DNA of 57,467 nt from an uncultured Mollicutes bacterium (GTDB lineage: Bacteria > Bacillota_I > Bacilli_A > RF39 > UBA660), in assembly GCA_900550145.1 (NCBI GenBank), contig URRF01000004.1:1-57467 (forward strand). Direction: 5' to 3'. Made by a program: the position numbers and the translations under genes. Below are positions 18,044-28,106 of the stretch, in pieces. The notes under the pieces are model-generated. The model was given only the letters and a program-made list of their open reading frames with translations, was not told where the DNA came from and did no database searches. How positions within the stretch are numbered: position 1 is the first letter of the stretch; each line of letters starts with the position of its first letter.

Positions 18044-18982
18044 TTAACTAACAAAATTATATATTTCCTTATCAAATAAATGATCATTTTCTTCCAAATC
18101 TTTATCTGCTTTCAATAGTTCATCATTATTCAATAAATAATAATCATATACAAGTAAATCCTGATTTAAATTATTTATAGGATCATCCCAAGTTAAATCA
18201 AGATGTAACCACTTATCATCAATTTTAACTAAATTCCATATATGAGAGTCATTAGATATTCTTACATTACTAATATTCATTTTATCCAATAATAATGCCA
18301 TAGCATCAGTATAACCATTACAAGTAGCAAGCCCATTAAAAAATACACCAATAGCAGTAGAAGAATCAGTAGGAATACTAGTTTTCTCATCGTTAACATT
18401 ATATTTAGTGTTATTTATTATATAATCATGAGCACTTTTAATATTTTCCTTCATATCATTACTTATTACAATTTTATTATATATATTATCTATTTCATTA
18501 TTAATTCTATTAATATCACTATCGCTATATACTCTATCAATAGAAAGAGTAATTTTTCCATTATTTGTATATGTAGTTTTTATACTCTTAAAAGAATTAT
18601 ATACACTAACAAAATTATTCATTTGAGATAATAAAATAGTATCATCATTCAAACTAAGAACATCTTTAATACAATTAGAATAATTCTTATCACAGAAAAA
18701 TGTAAAATTATTCATACCTGATGCTATTATTGTATAATAAATATTTATTATTTCATCTTTATTATTTACAATGAAATCATCAGTAACTCTAATAAAATCA
18801 GTATTTACATTTTTATCATACATATAATATTTGTTGTTAACAAGGGTAGAAGGAGTTCTATTATAAAGTTCTTTTATAGTACTAAAAACCTCATGTTTAC
18901 TTAAATACCCATACGAGAATGTACATAATCCAAACAAACTTAATACAACCACAAAAAATTTAAGTATTTTCATTTTTATCAC
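18044..18982 (-). CDS. Membrane-anchored transglutaminase-like (Cys-His-Asp) domain protein
   Basis: N-terminal TM helix. TCNGYTDAMALLLDKMNI...SHIWNLVKIDDKWLHLDLTWDDP matches the transglutaminase-core catalytic pattern. Confidence 0.7.
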   Translation of the reverse strand: MIKMKILKFFVVVLSLFGLCTFSYGYLSKHEVFSTIKELYNRTPSTLVNNKYYMYDKNVNTDFIRVTDDFIVNNKDEIINIYYTIIASGMNNFTFFCDKNYSNCIKDVLSLNDDTILLSQMNNFVSVYNSFKSIKTTYTNNGKITLSIDRVYSDSDINRINNEIDNIYNKIVISNDMKENIKSAHDYIINNTKYNVNDEKTSIPTDSSTAIGVFFNGLATCNGYTDAMALLLDKMNISNVRISNDSHIWNLVKIDDKWLHLDLTWDDPINNLNQDLLVYDYYLLNNDELLKADKDLEENDHLFDKEIYNFVS

Positions 18983-19006
18983 CTAAAAATATTATACATT
19001 AAAAAT

Positions 19007-19033
19007 AAAAAAAAAGAAGTAATTTTTTACTTC
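19007..19033 (-). terminator. rpsT terminator
   Basis: On the minus strand GAAGTAA-aaaa-TTACTTC followed by a 9-T run. The hairpin overlaps the stop codon. Confidence 0.65.
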
Positions 19034-19269
19034 GAATTGACTTTTTTCATAAGACGTGATTTTTTTCTAGCAGCAGTATTCTTTGTAATAACACCTTTAC
19101 TAGCAGCTTTGTCAATTTTCTTAACTGCATCATTTAATAAACTTTTATTTTCAACATCTTTAACAGCTTTTTTAACAGCAGTTCTCATACTTCCTCTTGT
19201 AGGAATGTTTTCAGTAGATTGTCTTTTAATAACATTAACACGCTTCTTTGCACTCTTTATATTTGGCAT
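19027..19269 (-). CDS. rpsT: 30S ribosomal protein S20
   Basis: MPNIKSAKKRVNVIKRQ start after a GGAGGTGA RBS. The listed ORF start at 19308 is too long by 13 codons. Confidence 0.9.
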   Translation of the reverse strand: MPNIKSAKKRVNVIKRQSTENIPTRGSMRTAVKKAVKDVENKSLLNDAVKKIDKAASKGVITKNTAARKKSRLMKKVNSK

Positions 19270-19484
19270 ATTTTCACCTCCGTCATTTAAACAAAATAAT
19301 TTTAACAAATATATTATAAAAAATCAATACGTTTGCTAAACAATATGTCAAGTTTATTAATAATTATGAGTAATTTATTAAAATTTAAGAATAATAAACT
19401 TATTTACTTGTCTACAAAGAAAAATAATAAGTTACAACGTTGTTTCTTTAAATTTTTTCTGATATACTTAAAGTGGGTGATGAT

Positions 19485-20183
19485 ATGAGTACAGTACATA
19501 TTAATGCAAAAAAAGAAGATATAGCAAAAATTGTTATAATGCCTGGAGATCCTTTAAGAGCAAAATTTATTGCAGAAACATATTTAAATAATTATACCTT
19601 AGTAAGCAGTACAAGAAATATTTTTGCGTATACTGGGTACTATAAAAATAAAAGAGTTACGGTCATGGCAAGTGGTATGGGTAATGCAAGCATTGGAATA
19701 TATTCACACGAATTATTTAATGAGTATGATGTAGATTTTATAATAAGGATTGGTACATGCGGAAGTTACAAAAAAGAAATAAAATTATATGATATTATAC
19801 TAGTTGATAATTCATATAGTAATACATCTTATGGTATAAATATGGGATATAATGAGCCATCTATACCATCTAATTCATTTTTAAATGGAATAATAGAGGA
19901 AACTGCAAAAAACAAGGGAATAAATATAATAAAGGGCAATATTCATAATACAGATACATTTTATAATAATGGATATGAAGAATATCTTAAGTATAATTGT
20001 CTGGGAGTTGAAATGGAAACATTTGCTTTATTTACAAATGCTAAAATTTTAAACAAAAAAGCAGCAACTATTCTTACGGTATCGGATAATTTGATAACAA
20101 AAGAAGAAATAACAAGTATTGAAAGAGAAAAAAGCACGAAAATAATGATAGAACTTGCCCTAGATTCCATCTTAAATTTATAA
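19485..20183 (+). CDS. deoD: Purine nucleoside phosphorylase, DeoD type
   Basis: MSTVHINAKKEDIAKIVIMPGDPLRAKFIAE, GMGNASIGIY, GVEMET. Start at ATG 19485 after a GGTGA RBS. TGATATACT extended -10 upstream. Confidence 0.88.
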   Translation: MSTVHINAKKEDIAKIVIMPGDPLRAKFIAETYLNNYTLVSSTRNIFAYTGYYKNKRVTVMASGMGNASIGIYSHELFNEYDVDFIIRIGTCGSYKKEIKLYDIILVDNSYSNTSYGINMGYNEPSIPSNSFLNGIIEETAKNKGINIIKGNIHNTDTFYNNGYEEYLKYNCLGVEMETFALFTNAKILNKKAATILTVSDNLITKEEITSIEREKSTKIMIELALDSILNL

Positions 20184-20225
20184 AATGTGCTTTTTTTCAT
20201 ATAATAATAAAATGAGGAGGTAACT

Positions 20226-21491
20226 ATGGATTACGAAAAAATAGATATGGGTTCTTACAATTTACATTTTATTAATACAGATAAATTTAAAACAAATACA
20301 ATATCAGTAAATTTTAGAGAAAAAGTAAAAAAAGAAGAAATAACAATTAGAAAAGTACTATTTCAAACATTATATTATACAACCAAAAAATATAATACTA
20401 ATCGTTTATTTCAATTAAAATTAGAAGATTTATATTCAATGAGTATAGGTCATTCAAATTTAAAATTTGGAAATCTAATAAACAGTTATATTGATATTAA
20501 ATTTTTAAATGAAAAATACACAGATGATAAATTTATTTTTGAATGCATTGATTTTTTATTTGAAATATTATTTAATCCAAATGTAGAAAACGAAAAATTT
20601 GATTCAAAATCTCTAAATTTTATAAAAGAAAAAATTGGCTTATCAATCGATTCAAAAAAAGAAAACCCAGAAATATATGCATTAAATAAATCACTTGAAA
20701 CACTTGAAAATGACCCAATATCATATAGTTTATGGGGATATAAAGAAGATCTAGAAAAAATAAATGAAAAAAGCTTATATGAATATTATAAAAAGATTTT
20801 AAAAACTAACAAAATAGATATATTTATAATTGGAACTTTTGATAAAGAAAAAATAAAAAATTATTTTAGTGAAAAATTTATTGTTAATACTATAAAAATG
20901 GATAAAACTAATCCATATGTTATCTATGATAAATGTGATAAAGTAAAAGAAATAACTAATAATATACCAAATTTAAAACAATCTAAATTGTCAATAGTAT
21001 GCAAAATATTAGATTTAACGGAATTTGAAAGAAGATATGTACTTCCAATATATGCATCTATATTAGGTGGAAGTTCCAATTCAAGATTATTTTTAGATGT
21101 TAGAGAAAAAAAATCTTTAGCATACTCCATACAAACTTTAACAAAAGGTCCAAATTCAATATTAATAATATCTGCAGGAATAAGTGCAAATAAATATAAT
21201 GAAGTAATAAAAATAATAAATAATGATATTAAAGGCATGAAAAAAGGAATAACTGATGATGAAATAAATAGTGTAAGAAATGAACTAATCTCATCAATAG
21301 AAACGCTTTTAGATAGTCCAAGTGGAATAATTAATTATTATTTTGGAATTGAAGTTTTTAATTCAGAAACTATTGATAAAAAAATAGAAAATTATAACAA
21401 AGTTACAAAAAAAGATATACAAAATTTTGCAAACAAAGTAAAAATGTCTGTTATATACTTGTTAGAAGGAAGTGTTTATGAAGAAAAATAA
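20226..21491 (+). CDS. M16-family (pitrilysin-like) peptidase subunit lacking the HXXEH motif
   Basis: 421 aa with M16 fold-like layout and no zinc motif seen. Paired with, and overlapping, the motif-bearing partner, as in YmfF/YmfH-type pairs. Confidence 0.65.
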   Translation: MDYEKIDMGSYNLHFINTDKFKTNTISVNFREKVKKEEITIRKVLFQTLYYTTKKYNTNRLFQLKLEDLYSMSIGHSNLKFGNLINSYIDIKFLNEKYTDDKFIFECIDFLFEILFNPNVENEKFDSKSLNFIKEKIGLSIDSKKENPEIYALNKSLETLENDPISYSLWGYKEDLEKINEKSLYEYYKKILKTNKIDIFIIGTFDKEKIKNYFSEKFIVNTIKMDKTNPYVIYDKCDKVKEITNNIPNLKQSKLSIVCKILDLTEFERRYVLPIYASILGGSSNSRLFLDVREKKSLAYSIQTLTKGPNSILIISAGISANKYNEVIKIINNDIKGMKKGITDDEINSVRNELISSIETLLDSPSGIINYYFGIEVFNSETIDKKIENYNKVTKKDIQNFANKVKMSVIYLLEGSVYEEK

Positions 21492-22743
21492 TATTAAATT
21501 TTTTAATGAAACTTTATATGAAGAGACATTAGAAAATGGAATGAAAGTATATATAATTCCAAATGATAATGTCTTAGATACTTTTGTAACTTTTACTGCA
21601 AAATATGGTGGTTGTAATTATGAATTCAAATATAATAATAAATTTGTAAAATTACCTAATGGAGTAGCACATTTTCTAGAACATAAGATGTTTGAACAAA
21701 AAAATAGAGTAGAACCATTTACATTTTTTGGAAGAACAGGCACATACTCTAATGCTGCAACAAACTATCACAATACATATTATATTTTTGCAGGTAATAA
21801 TAATTTTAAAGAAAATTTAAATTATTTATTGGATTTCGTACAAGATCCATATTTTACTGATGAAAATGTAGAAAAAGAAAAAGGAATTATTGCACAAGAA
21901 ATAAAAATGTATGATGATATACCAGATAGAATTATATATGAAAAGAATATTTATAATTTATTTAATAATAATCCAATAAGATATAGTATAGGCGGTAGTG
22001 TAGAAGATATAACAAAAATAACAAAGGAAGATTTAAAAAAAGCATATGATGTATTTTATCAACCGTCTAATATGTTTATTACTATAACTGGTAAAGTTAA
22101 TCCTAATGAAGCTATTGAAATAATAAAGGAAAATCAAAAAAATAAAAAGTTTAAAAAAACAAAAATAGAAATAAAAAATATAGAAGAAAAAGATAAAGTG
22201 TATAAAGAAGAAGAAATAATTAATATGAATATTAATACACCTTATATAAGCTATGGCATAAAAATTCCAACAAAGAAATTAGAAAATATAGAAAAAAAGA
22301 AAAGAAATATGTATTTATCGACTATATTTAATATATTATTTGAAGAAACTTCATTACTTTATGAAGAATTAAAAGAAAATAAGTTAATTGAAACACCAAT
22401 TGATATAGAATCTCTTGATACTAATTCTCATGAAGCATTTATATTAATATTTAAATCAAATAATTATAAAGAGGTAATAAAGAGAATTGATAAAAAACTT
22501 AAAGATATTAAAATTGAAGAATGTGATTTAAAAAGAAAGAAAAAATCATATATTAGTAACTTAATATACATGTTTGATGATATATCAGAAACTAATAGAA
22601 TGATAGTTAATAATAACGTTCTTTATAATGATAATTATACAAATATTTACGATTTAATTGAAGATATGAATATCGATGAATTAAATGAAATAATAAAAAA
22701 TTTAGATTTAACAAATAAAAGTATATGTATTATTAAAAATTAA
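21478..22743 (+). CDS. M16-family zinc peptidase (HXXEH)
   Basis: HFLEHKMFE inverted zinc motif. GAAGGAAGTG RBS before ATG 21478. Confidence 0.75.
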   Translation: MKKNNIKFFNETLYEETLENGMKVYIIPNDNVLDTFVTFTAKYGGCNYEFKYNNKFVKLPNGVAHFLEHKMFEQKNRVEPFTFFGRTGTYSNAATNYHNTYYIFAGNNNFKENLNYLLDFVQDPYFTDENVEKEKGIIAQEIKMYDDIPDRIIYEKNIYNLFNNNPIRYSIGGSVEDITKITKEDLKKAYDVFYQPSNMFITITGKVNPNEAIEIIKENQKNKKFKKTKIEIKNIEEKDKVYKEEEIINMNINTPYISYGIKIPTKKLENIEKKKRNMYLSTIFNILFEETSLLYEELKENKLIETPIDIESLDTNSHEAFILIFKSNNYKEVIKRIDKKLKDIKIEECDLKRKKKSYISNLIYMFDDISETNRMIVNNNVLYNDNYTNIYDLIEDMNIDELNEIIKNLDLTNKSICIIKN

Positions 22744-22748
22744 AATAA

Positions 22749-22777
22749 TTGATTATAGCATTTTAATGTGTTATAAT
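22749..22777 (+). promoter_or_regulatory. Sigma-A type promoter of tRNA-Arg
   Basis: TTGATT, 17-nt spacer, TATAAT with a TGTG -16 element. The -10 ends 9 nt before the mature tRNA 5-prime end. Confidence 0.65.
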
Positions 22778-22785
22778 TTTTTTGT

Positions 22786-22862
<77 letters not shown>

Positions 22863-22898
22863 TATAAATAAAAAACTTAATTTATAAATTAAGAGTTG

Positions 22899-22930
22899 GC
22901 ACTCAATCTTTGAGATTAAGTGCTCTTTTT
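22899..22930 (+). terminator. Terminator after tRNA-Arg
   Basis: GCACT-C-AATCT / AGATT-A-AGTGC stem with one mismatch, followed by TCTTTTT. The listed ORF start at 22910 lies inside it. Confidence 0.55.
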
Positions 22931-22960
22931 AAAACTTATATATTTAAAAAAGAGGTAATT

Positions 22961-23581
22961 ATGAAAAATATAAATTATTTAATCAAAGGAATATATGCAG
23001 GAGTTATGATTGGAATAGGTGGTATTGCTTATTTATCAATTACCAATAAAATAATTGGAGCATTTATTTTTTCAATTGGTTTAATTTCAATATGTATTTA
23101 TAATATGAATTTGTATACAGGAAAAATTGGACATATATTAAACAATAAACCATCATATATTTTTGAATTACTATTTACTTTAATAGGTAATTTTATTGGG
23201 GCATTTTTAGTTGGAAATTTAATTAATTTAACTAGATTTAATAATCTAAGTAATGTCGCAAAAGAAATTTCTATAATTAAATTAAATGATAGCGAATTAA
23301 GTATATTTATTTTATCTGTATTTTGTGGAATATTAATGTATATAGCAGTAAATACATTTAAAAAATATGAAAAAGGTATTGAAAAAATAATTTGTATATT
23401 TATATGTGTAATTTGCTTTATTTTATGTGGCTTTGAACATTGCATTGCAAATATATTTTATTTTAGTATAGCAAATATATGGAATATAAATACTATATAC
23501 TATTTACTTTTAATGATTTTAGGAAATTCAATTGGTTCAATACTCATGTCACTATATAATAATAATTTTATGAATAAATAG
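22961..23581 (+). CDS. Formate/nitrite transporter (FNT) family membrane protein
   Basis: About 206 aa, six hydrophobic helices, GFEHCIANIFY signature-like segment. Start at ATG 22961 after a GAGGT RBS. Confidence 0.65.
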   Translation: MKNINYLIKGIYAGVMIGIGGIAYLSITNKIIGAFIFSIGLISICIYNMNLYTGKIGHILNNKPSYIFELLFTLIGNFIGAFLVGNLINLTRFNNLSNVAKEISIIKLNDSELSIFILSVFCGILMYIAVNTFKKYEKGIEKIICIFICVICFILCGFEHCIANIFYFSIANIWNINTIYYLLLMILGNSIGSILMSLYNNNFMNK

Positions 23582-23589
23582 GAGGAATT

Positions 23590-24171
23590 ATGGATAAAAT
23601 AAAAGAATTCGAAACAGAAATTGGATATATAAAAGAAGACAGAATAAAAAAAGATGCTTGTTATTTAATAGAAAAATTACCAGAATATTTTTTTAATGTT
23701 CCTGCATCTAGTAGTGGTAAATATCATCCAATTTATGCATCAAAAGAAAAGGGTTTATTAAAACATACAAAAGCAGCAGTTAGAATAGCACATGAACTTT
23801 TAGAAAATCCAATCATAGGAAATTGTTATAGTGCAACTGAAAAAGATATAATTATATTTGGCTTAATAATTCATGATGGATTTAAAATGGGTGAAAAAAA
23901 GCAAATCCATACTATAGCCGAACATCCACTTATATCTATGGAATTTGTTGAAAAAAACAAAAATAATCTTTCGTTGAATGATCACGAATTAGATTTTCTA
24001 GAAAGAGTAATCGCATCACATATGGGCATTTGGAATAAAAATTATCAAGGTAAAGAAATTTTACCAATACCAGAAACTAAAGAAGAAATTTTGGTACATA
24101 TTTGTGACTATTTAGCAAGTAGAAAATGCGTCTCATTTGAATTCGATGAACAAAATAATATTAAAAATTAG
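23590..24171 (+). CDS. HD-domain phosphohydrolase
   Basis: 193 aa. H...HD pattern (KHTKAAVRIAHE, LIIHDGFK) and a distal HICDYLASR. Confidence 0.55.
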   Translation: MDKIKEFETEIGYIKEDRIKKDACYLIEKLPEYFFNVPASSSGKYHPIYASKEKGLLKHTKAAVRIAHELLENPIIGNCYSATEKDIIIFGLIIHDGFKMGEKKQIHTIAEHPLISMEFVEKNKNNLSLNDHELDFLERVIASHMGIWNKNYQGKEILPIPETKEEILVHICDYLASRKCVSFEFDEQNNIKN

Positions 24172-24178
24172 ATACAAT

Positions 24179-24205
24179 AAAAGTATGTATAGTCATACTT
24201 TTTTA
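24179..24205 (+). terminator. Rho-independent terminator
   Basis: AAAAGTATG-tatagt-CATACTTTT followed by TT. Confidence 0.6.
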
Positions 24206-24251
24206 GTAGTGTTAATTTTTTTATTAAAAAATCTATAAAAATAAACAATTA

Positions 24252-24262
24252 TGTGTTAAAAT
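24252..24262 (+). promoter_or_regulatory. Extended -10 promoter TGTGtTAAAAT
   Basis: Same TRTG-N-TAAAAT element as at 4061 and 14871, 29 nt upstream of the small ORF at 24291. Confidence 0.45.
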
Positions 24263-24290
24263 ATACTATGTATTATAGTAGGTGGATAGT

Positions 24291-24449
24291 ATGAATAGTA
24301 TAAAAATAACATTTGATGGAGTTGAAAAAGAAATATCACTTGGGATTGACTCTGAAGAAATTGAAAGCAATGACAATATATCTTCAGATACAATTGATTT
24401 AACAAAAGTTGTTAATAAGATAAAAGAGGAAATTAATGAAAAGAATTGA
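24291..24449 (+). CDS. Small acidic protein (52 aa), below the ORF-track cutoff
   Basis: Own reading. AGGTGGA RBS 6 nt upstream. MNSIKITFDGVEKEISLGIDSEEIESNDNISSDTIDLTKVVNKIKEEINEKN. The stop overlaps the start of the next gene. The listed minus ORF 24266-24529 is its shadow. Confidence 0.45.
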   Translation: MNSIKITFDGVEKEISLGIDSEEIESNDNISSDTIDLTKVVNKIKEEINEKN

Positions 24450-25827
24450 AGAAATTGAAAGATTTCTAAAATTAATTGCAGAAATATCAAAAAACGATAT
24501 TGAAATAGACTCCAAACTTGTTTATTCAAATTTAATATCTATATATTCACCTAAAGAAAACATAAATGATTGTTTTTCTAAATGGATAGAACAATTTTCA
24601 AATAAAGATAATATAGATGTATTTATCGAAAAAGAAAATCCATATTTTTGCCAATTTACAAGTAAAGAAAATGAGGAATCAGGGTATAATTTATTAAAAA
24701 TCTATATACCACTTGATAAAAAACATATATATTTTGGAGTAAATAGTATATTTGATTTTCTTTTAAAGAATAATATAGAACACTATTCAAAAGTATCTAG
24801 TCATATAAGATTTGATGATGTGGTTCTTAGAGTCAAAAATAAAGATGCCATAGATAAAATAAACGCACATATAAATGCAGATGAGTATCTAAAGAATGGT
24901 TTATTAAATACTAATCCATTTGCTTTTATTGACAATAACATATCAGTTACATGGGATGGTTTTCTTTCATATAATTCAGTTGTATCTGATTGGATTTCAT
25001 CATATATAAACACTTTAAAAGAAAAAAACATGTTAAATAGCGTATCATTCATTTCATTCTATCAATATCTATTAAAAGAATACAATAAAATATTTGTAAG
25101 TGGAGAATCCATAATAAAATTTTCTGACTTAATATTTGTCGAAAAAGATAAAACATTAGCAAGTTTTGGAACTTTAGGACTTGTAAATTATAAAGATATT
25201 ACTAAAATTTTGATTATGGCACTTAATATAGATAATAAAGTAGACACTTTTTATGATTTATATAATGAGATAATAAGTCAAAAACATATCGATACTGAAA
25301 GTGAAAAAATGCATAAGTTATATGTTAATGATAATACATATAGTTCAATAACAAATGCACATAAAGAGGCATTTGATTATGCATATATGAGTATATCTAA
25401 AATTAAAAGTCCAAAATATGCAATACAATGTTTTAAAGATTTTATAGAAAATGGTGATTATAGAGTTTTTACTAGAAATAATAATATTAGACAAACTATA
25501 AAAAATTCTAATTTAACTCGTGGAATTGTAACTCAAATAATGAGTTCTGAGGAAGAAAGATTATTGTTAGAAGCTAGTTTAGAAACATTTTCTAAACATG
25601 GAATAGAACAACTTAAAGGTGCATTTAACTATGCAAAAGATGGTGATTATAGTGGTTTTTCTAGAAACTCAAGAAATGAATTTGCTTTATTTGTACAGCC
25701 AAATGAGTTTAAAAATGTTATAAGTAGAATATTACAGAAAAATGGCTATAATAATATTGAAGATAAGGATATATATAACATATTTTATACAATGTTAATA
25801 AAGTATTATAAAGAAAAGAGTAGGTGA
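24436..25827 (+). CDS. Hypothetical 463-aa protein with tandem GDYxxF(T/S)RN helical repeats at the C-terminus
   Basis: No catalytic motif recognised with confidence. The N-terminal half (LLKIYIPLDKKHIYFGVNSIFDFL...HIRFDDVVLRV) loosely resembles HopA1/LanKC-N-type domains, from memory only. Confidence 0.4.
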   Translation: MKRIEEIERFLKLIAEISKNDIEIDSKLVYSNLISIYSPKENINDCFSKWIEQFSNKDNIDVFIEKENPYFCQFTSKENEESGYNLLKIYIPLDKKHIYFGVNSIFDFLLKNNIEHYSKVSSHIRFDDVVLRVKNKDAIDKINAHINADEYLKNGLLNTNPFAFIDNNISVTWDGFLSYNSVVSDWISSYINTLKEKNMLNSVSFISFYQYLLKEYNKIFVSGESIIKFSDLIFVEKDKTLASFGTLGLVNYKDITKILIMALNIDNKVDTFYDLYNEIISQKHIDTESEKMHKLYVNDNTYSSITNAHKEAFDYAYMSISKIKSPKYAIQCFKDFIENGDYRVFTRNNNIRQTIKNSNLTRGIVTQIMSSEEERLLLEASLETFSKHGIEQLKGAFNYAKDGDYSGFSRNSRNEFALFVQPNEFKNVISRILQKNGYNNIEDKDIYNIFYTMLIKYYKEKSR

Positions 25828-25830
25828 CAT

Positions 25831-27447
25831 ATGAAATCAACATTTATTTTTGGGCATAGAAATCCAGATACAGATAGTATTTGTTCTAGCATTGCTTTAT
25901 CATATTTAAAGAATTGTATGGGATCAAATACAGTTCCTAAAGCAATAGGACATTTAAATAATGAAACTAAATTCGTTTTAAAATATTTTAATGTAGAAGA
26001 ACCAGAGTTCCTAAACGATGTTAGGGTTAGAATAAAAAATGTAGAATATGATAAAAAGGCATTTATATATCAAGATGAATCAATATATAAAGCATATAAT
26101 ATTATGCATGATCAGAATATTACAGCAGTACCTATTATTGATAATAACAAAAAGCTAATTGGGTTTGTTGCAATGAAAGAATTAGCAAAATTCCTAATAT
26201 CAGGTAATAAAGAACATATTAATACTACTTTAAAAAATATAGTAGAAGTTTTAGATGCAGATATATTGTATAAATCAAATGATCTTGTTGAAGGAAATAT
26301 TATGGTTGCTGGATACCAAAGTAGCACATTTCATGATGAAATAAAACTATCAAATAACGATATTCTAATAGTAGGAGATAGGTTTAAAATAATTGATTAT
26401 GCTATTTCTTCTAAAGTACAAATGATTATACTTGCATTAAATAGTAAAATAGATGATTCACTCTTAGAAAAAGCAATAAAAAATAATGTAACTATTATAA
26501 GATCACATTTAAGTAGTTTTAGAATAGCAAATACAGTCAGTTTAAGTAATTATATTATTAGTATAAATAATACAGATCATCCACTATGTGTATTTGACGA
26601 TGATTACTATACTGATTTTAAAACATTAACTAAAAAAATCAAACATACTAATTACCCAGTTATAAATCATAAAAATGAATGTCTTGGTTTAATAAATCTA
26701 AATTGGGCAAACGAATATGAAAAACAAAAAATAATATTAGTTGATCACAATAATTTTTCTCAATCAATAGAGGGTATAGAAGAAGCAGAAGTTATTGAAA
26801 TAATTGATCATCATAATATTGGATCTATTGGTACATCAATGCCTATTAACTTTAGATGTATGACAGTAGGAGCAACCGCAACCATGATATATCAGATGTT
26901 TGTAGAAAAAAAAGTATTGATACCAAAACATATTGCTGGATTACTTGCATCTGCTATTATATCTGATACAGTTTTATTAACTTCTCCTACAACAACACCA
27001 GATGATATATTTGCAGTCAATGAATTATGTAAAATAGCAGAAATCGATTTAAATAAATATGGATATGAAATGTTAAAAATCGCATCTTCTATAAAAGGAA
27101 TGACTATAAATGAAGTAATATATCAAGATTATAAAACATATAAAGTTCTTGATAAAAATATTGGATTAGGTCAAATATTAACTATGGACTTTGAAGAAAT
27201 TAGAAAACATATAAATGAATATGTTGAAAAACTAAACGAAATAAATTTAAATAATCCAGGTATAGCAGCATTATTTATAACAGATGTTATAAAAGAAGGT
27301 ACATATATAATATACAATGAAGAATCAGTTGATATAATAAAAGAGGGCTTTAACTTAGAAGAAGTATATGAAGGAATATTTATTAAAGGAATAATATCTA
27401 GAAAAAAACAAATATTACCTGCTATTCTAAGTGTAATGAATAAATAA
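25831..27447 (+). CDS. ppaC: Family II (DHH-DHHA2) inorganic pyrophosphatase with inserted CBS/DRTGG regulatory region
   Basis: 538 aa. FGHRNPDTDSICS (DHH motif I), DHHNIG, DHHA2 C-terminus. A ~250-aa insert carries the CBS-like VPIIDNNKKLIGFVA. Confidence 0.85.
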   Translation: MKSTFIFGHRNPDTDSICSSIALSYLKNCMGSNTVPKAIGHLNNETKFVLKYFNVEEPEFLNDVRVRIKNVEYDKKAFIYQDESIYKAYNIMHDQNITAVPIIDNNKKLIGFVAMKELAKFLISGNKEHINTTLKNIVEVLDADILYKSNDLVEGNIMVAGYQSSTFHDEIKLSNNDILIVGDRFKIIDYAISSKVQMIILALNSKIDDSLLEKAIKNNVTIIRSHLSSFRIANTVSLSNYIISINNTDHPLCVFDDDYYTDFKTLTKKIKHTNYPVINHKNECLGLINLNWANEYEKQKIILVDHNNFSQSIEGIEEAEVIEIIDHHNIGSIGTSMPINFRCMTVGATATMIYQMFVEKKVLIPKHIAGLLASAIISDTVLLTSPTTTPDDIFAVNELCKIAEIDLNKYGYEMLKIASSIKGMTINEVIYQDYKTYKVLDKNIGLGQILTMDFEEIRKHINEYVEKLNEINLNNPGIAALFITDVIKEGTYIIYNEESVDIIKEGFNLEEVYEGIFIKGIISRKKQILPAILSVMNK

Positions 27448-27448
27448 T

Positions 27449-28054
27449 ATGAAGAATAAAAAATATATTTTATATATATCAATATTTACATTAATTTATA
27501 TACTTTTAATAATATTATTCTATAGTAATAACTTATATATAATAGATGATTTTATATATAATAAAATATACTTTAATGATACATTAACTAATATTTTTAA
27601 AATAATTACTTATTTAGGAGATTGGATATTTTTAGTTCCTCTTTCAATAATACTTATGATTTTGCTAAAAAATAAGATGAAATCGATATATATTGGTTTA
27701 AATCTGCTTACAAGTTTTTTAATAAATGGTACATTCAAACTAATATTAAAAAGAAATAGACCAATAGATATAAATTTAATTACTGAAAGTGGATATAGTT
27801 TTCCAAGTGGACATTCCATGGTAAGTGCATCATTTTATGGATTATTAATATATTTAATATACAAATCAAACTATAGTAAAAAAACAAAAATTATTTTAAT
27901 TACAATACTGATATTCCTAATTTTAACAATTGGATTTAGTAGAGTATATTTAGGTGTTCATTATATAACAGATGTTATGGCCGGATATTCTTTATCAATA
28001 ATTTATTTGATGGTATACATAAAAATAATCAAATTATCTAAAAAAGAAGTATAA
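27449..28054 (+). CDS. PAP2-family phosphatase (BcrC/undecaprenyl-diphosphatase-like)
   Basis: KRNRP, SFPSGHS and SRVYLGVHYITDV, the three PAP2 motifs. Multiple TM helices. Confidence 0.8.
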   Translation: MKNKKYILYISIFTLIYILLIILFYSNNLYIIDDFIYNKIYFNDTLTNIFKIITYLGDWIFLVPLSIILMILLKNKMKSIYIGLNLLTSFLINGTFKLILKRNRPIDINLITESGYSFPSGHSMVSASFYGLLIYLIYKSNYSKKTKIILITILIFLILTIGFSRVYLGVHYITDVMAGYSLSIIYLMVYIKIIKLSKKEV

Positions 28055-28081
28055 AATTGTTATACAATATCAATAAAAACT

Positions 28082-28106
28082 AAAAGTAGAGTTAATCTCT
28101 ACTTTT
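28082..28106. terminator. Bidirectional terminator between convergent genes
   Basis: AAAAGTAGAG-ttaat-CTCTACTTTT, with A/T runs on both sides. Confidence 0.65.

Noticed and set aside
19309-19484. Purine riboswitch or other leader upstream of deoD
   Set aside because: No conserved purine-riboswitch core or convincing three-way junction could be folded. The region reads as a plain AT-rich spacer with a TGATATACT promoter element.
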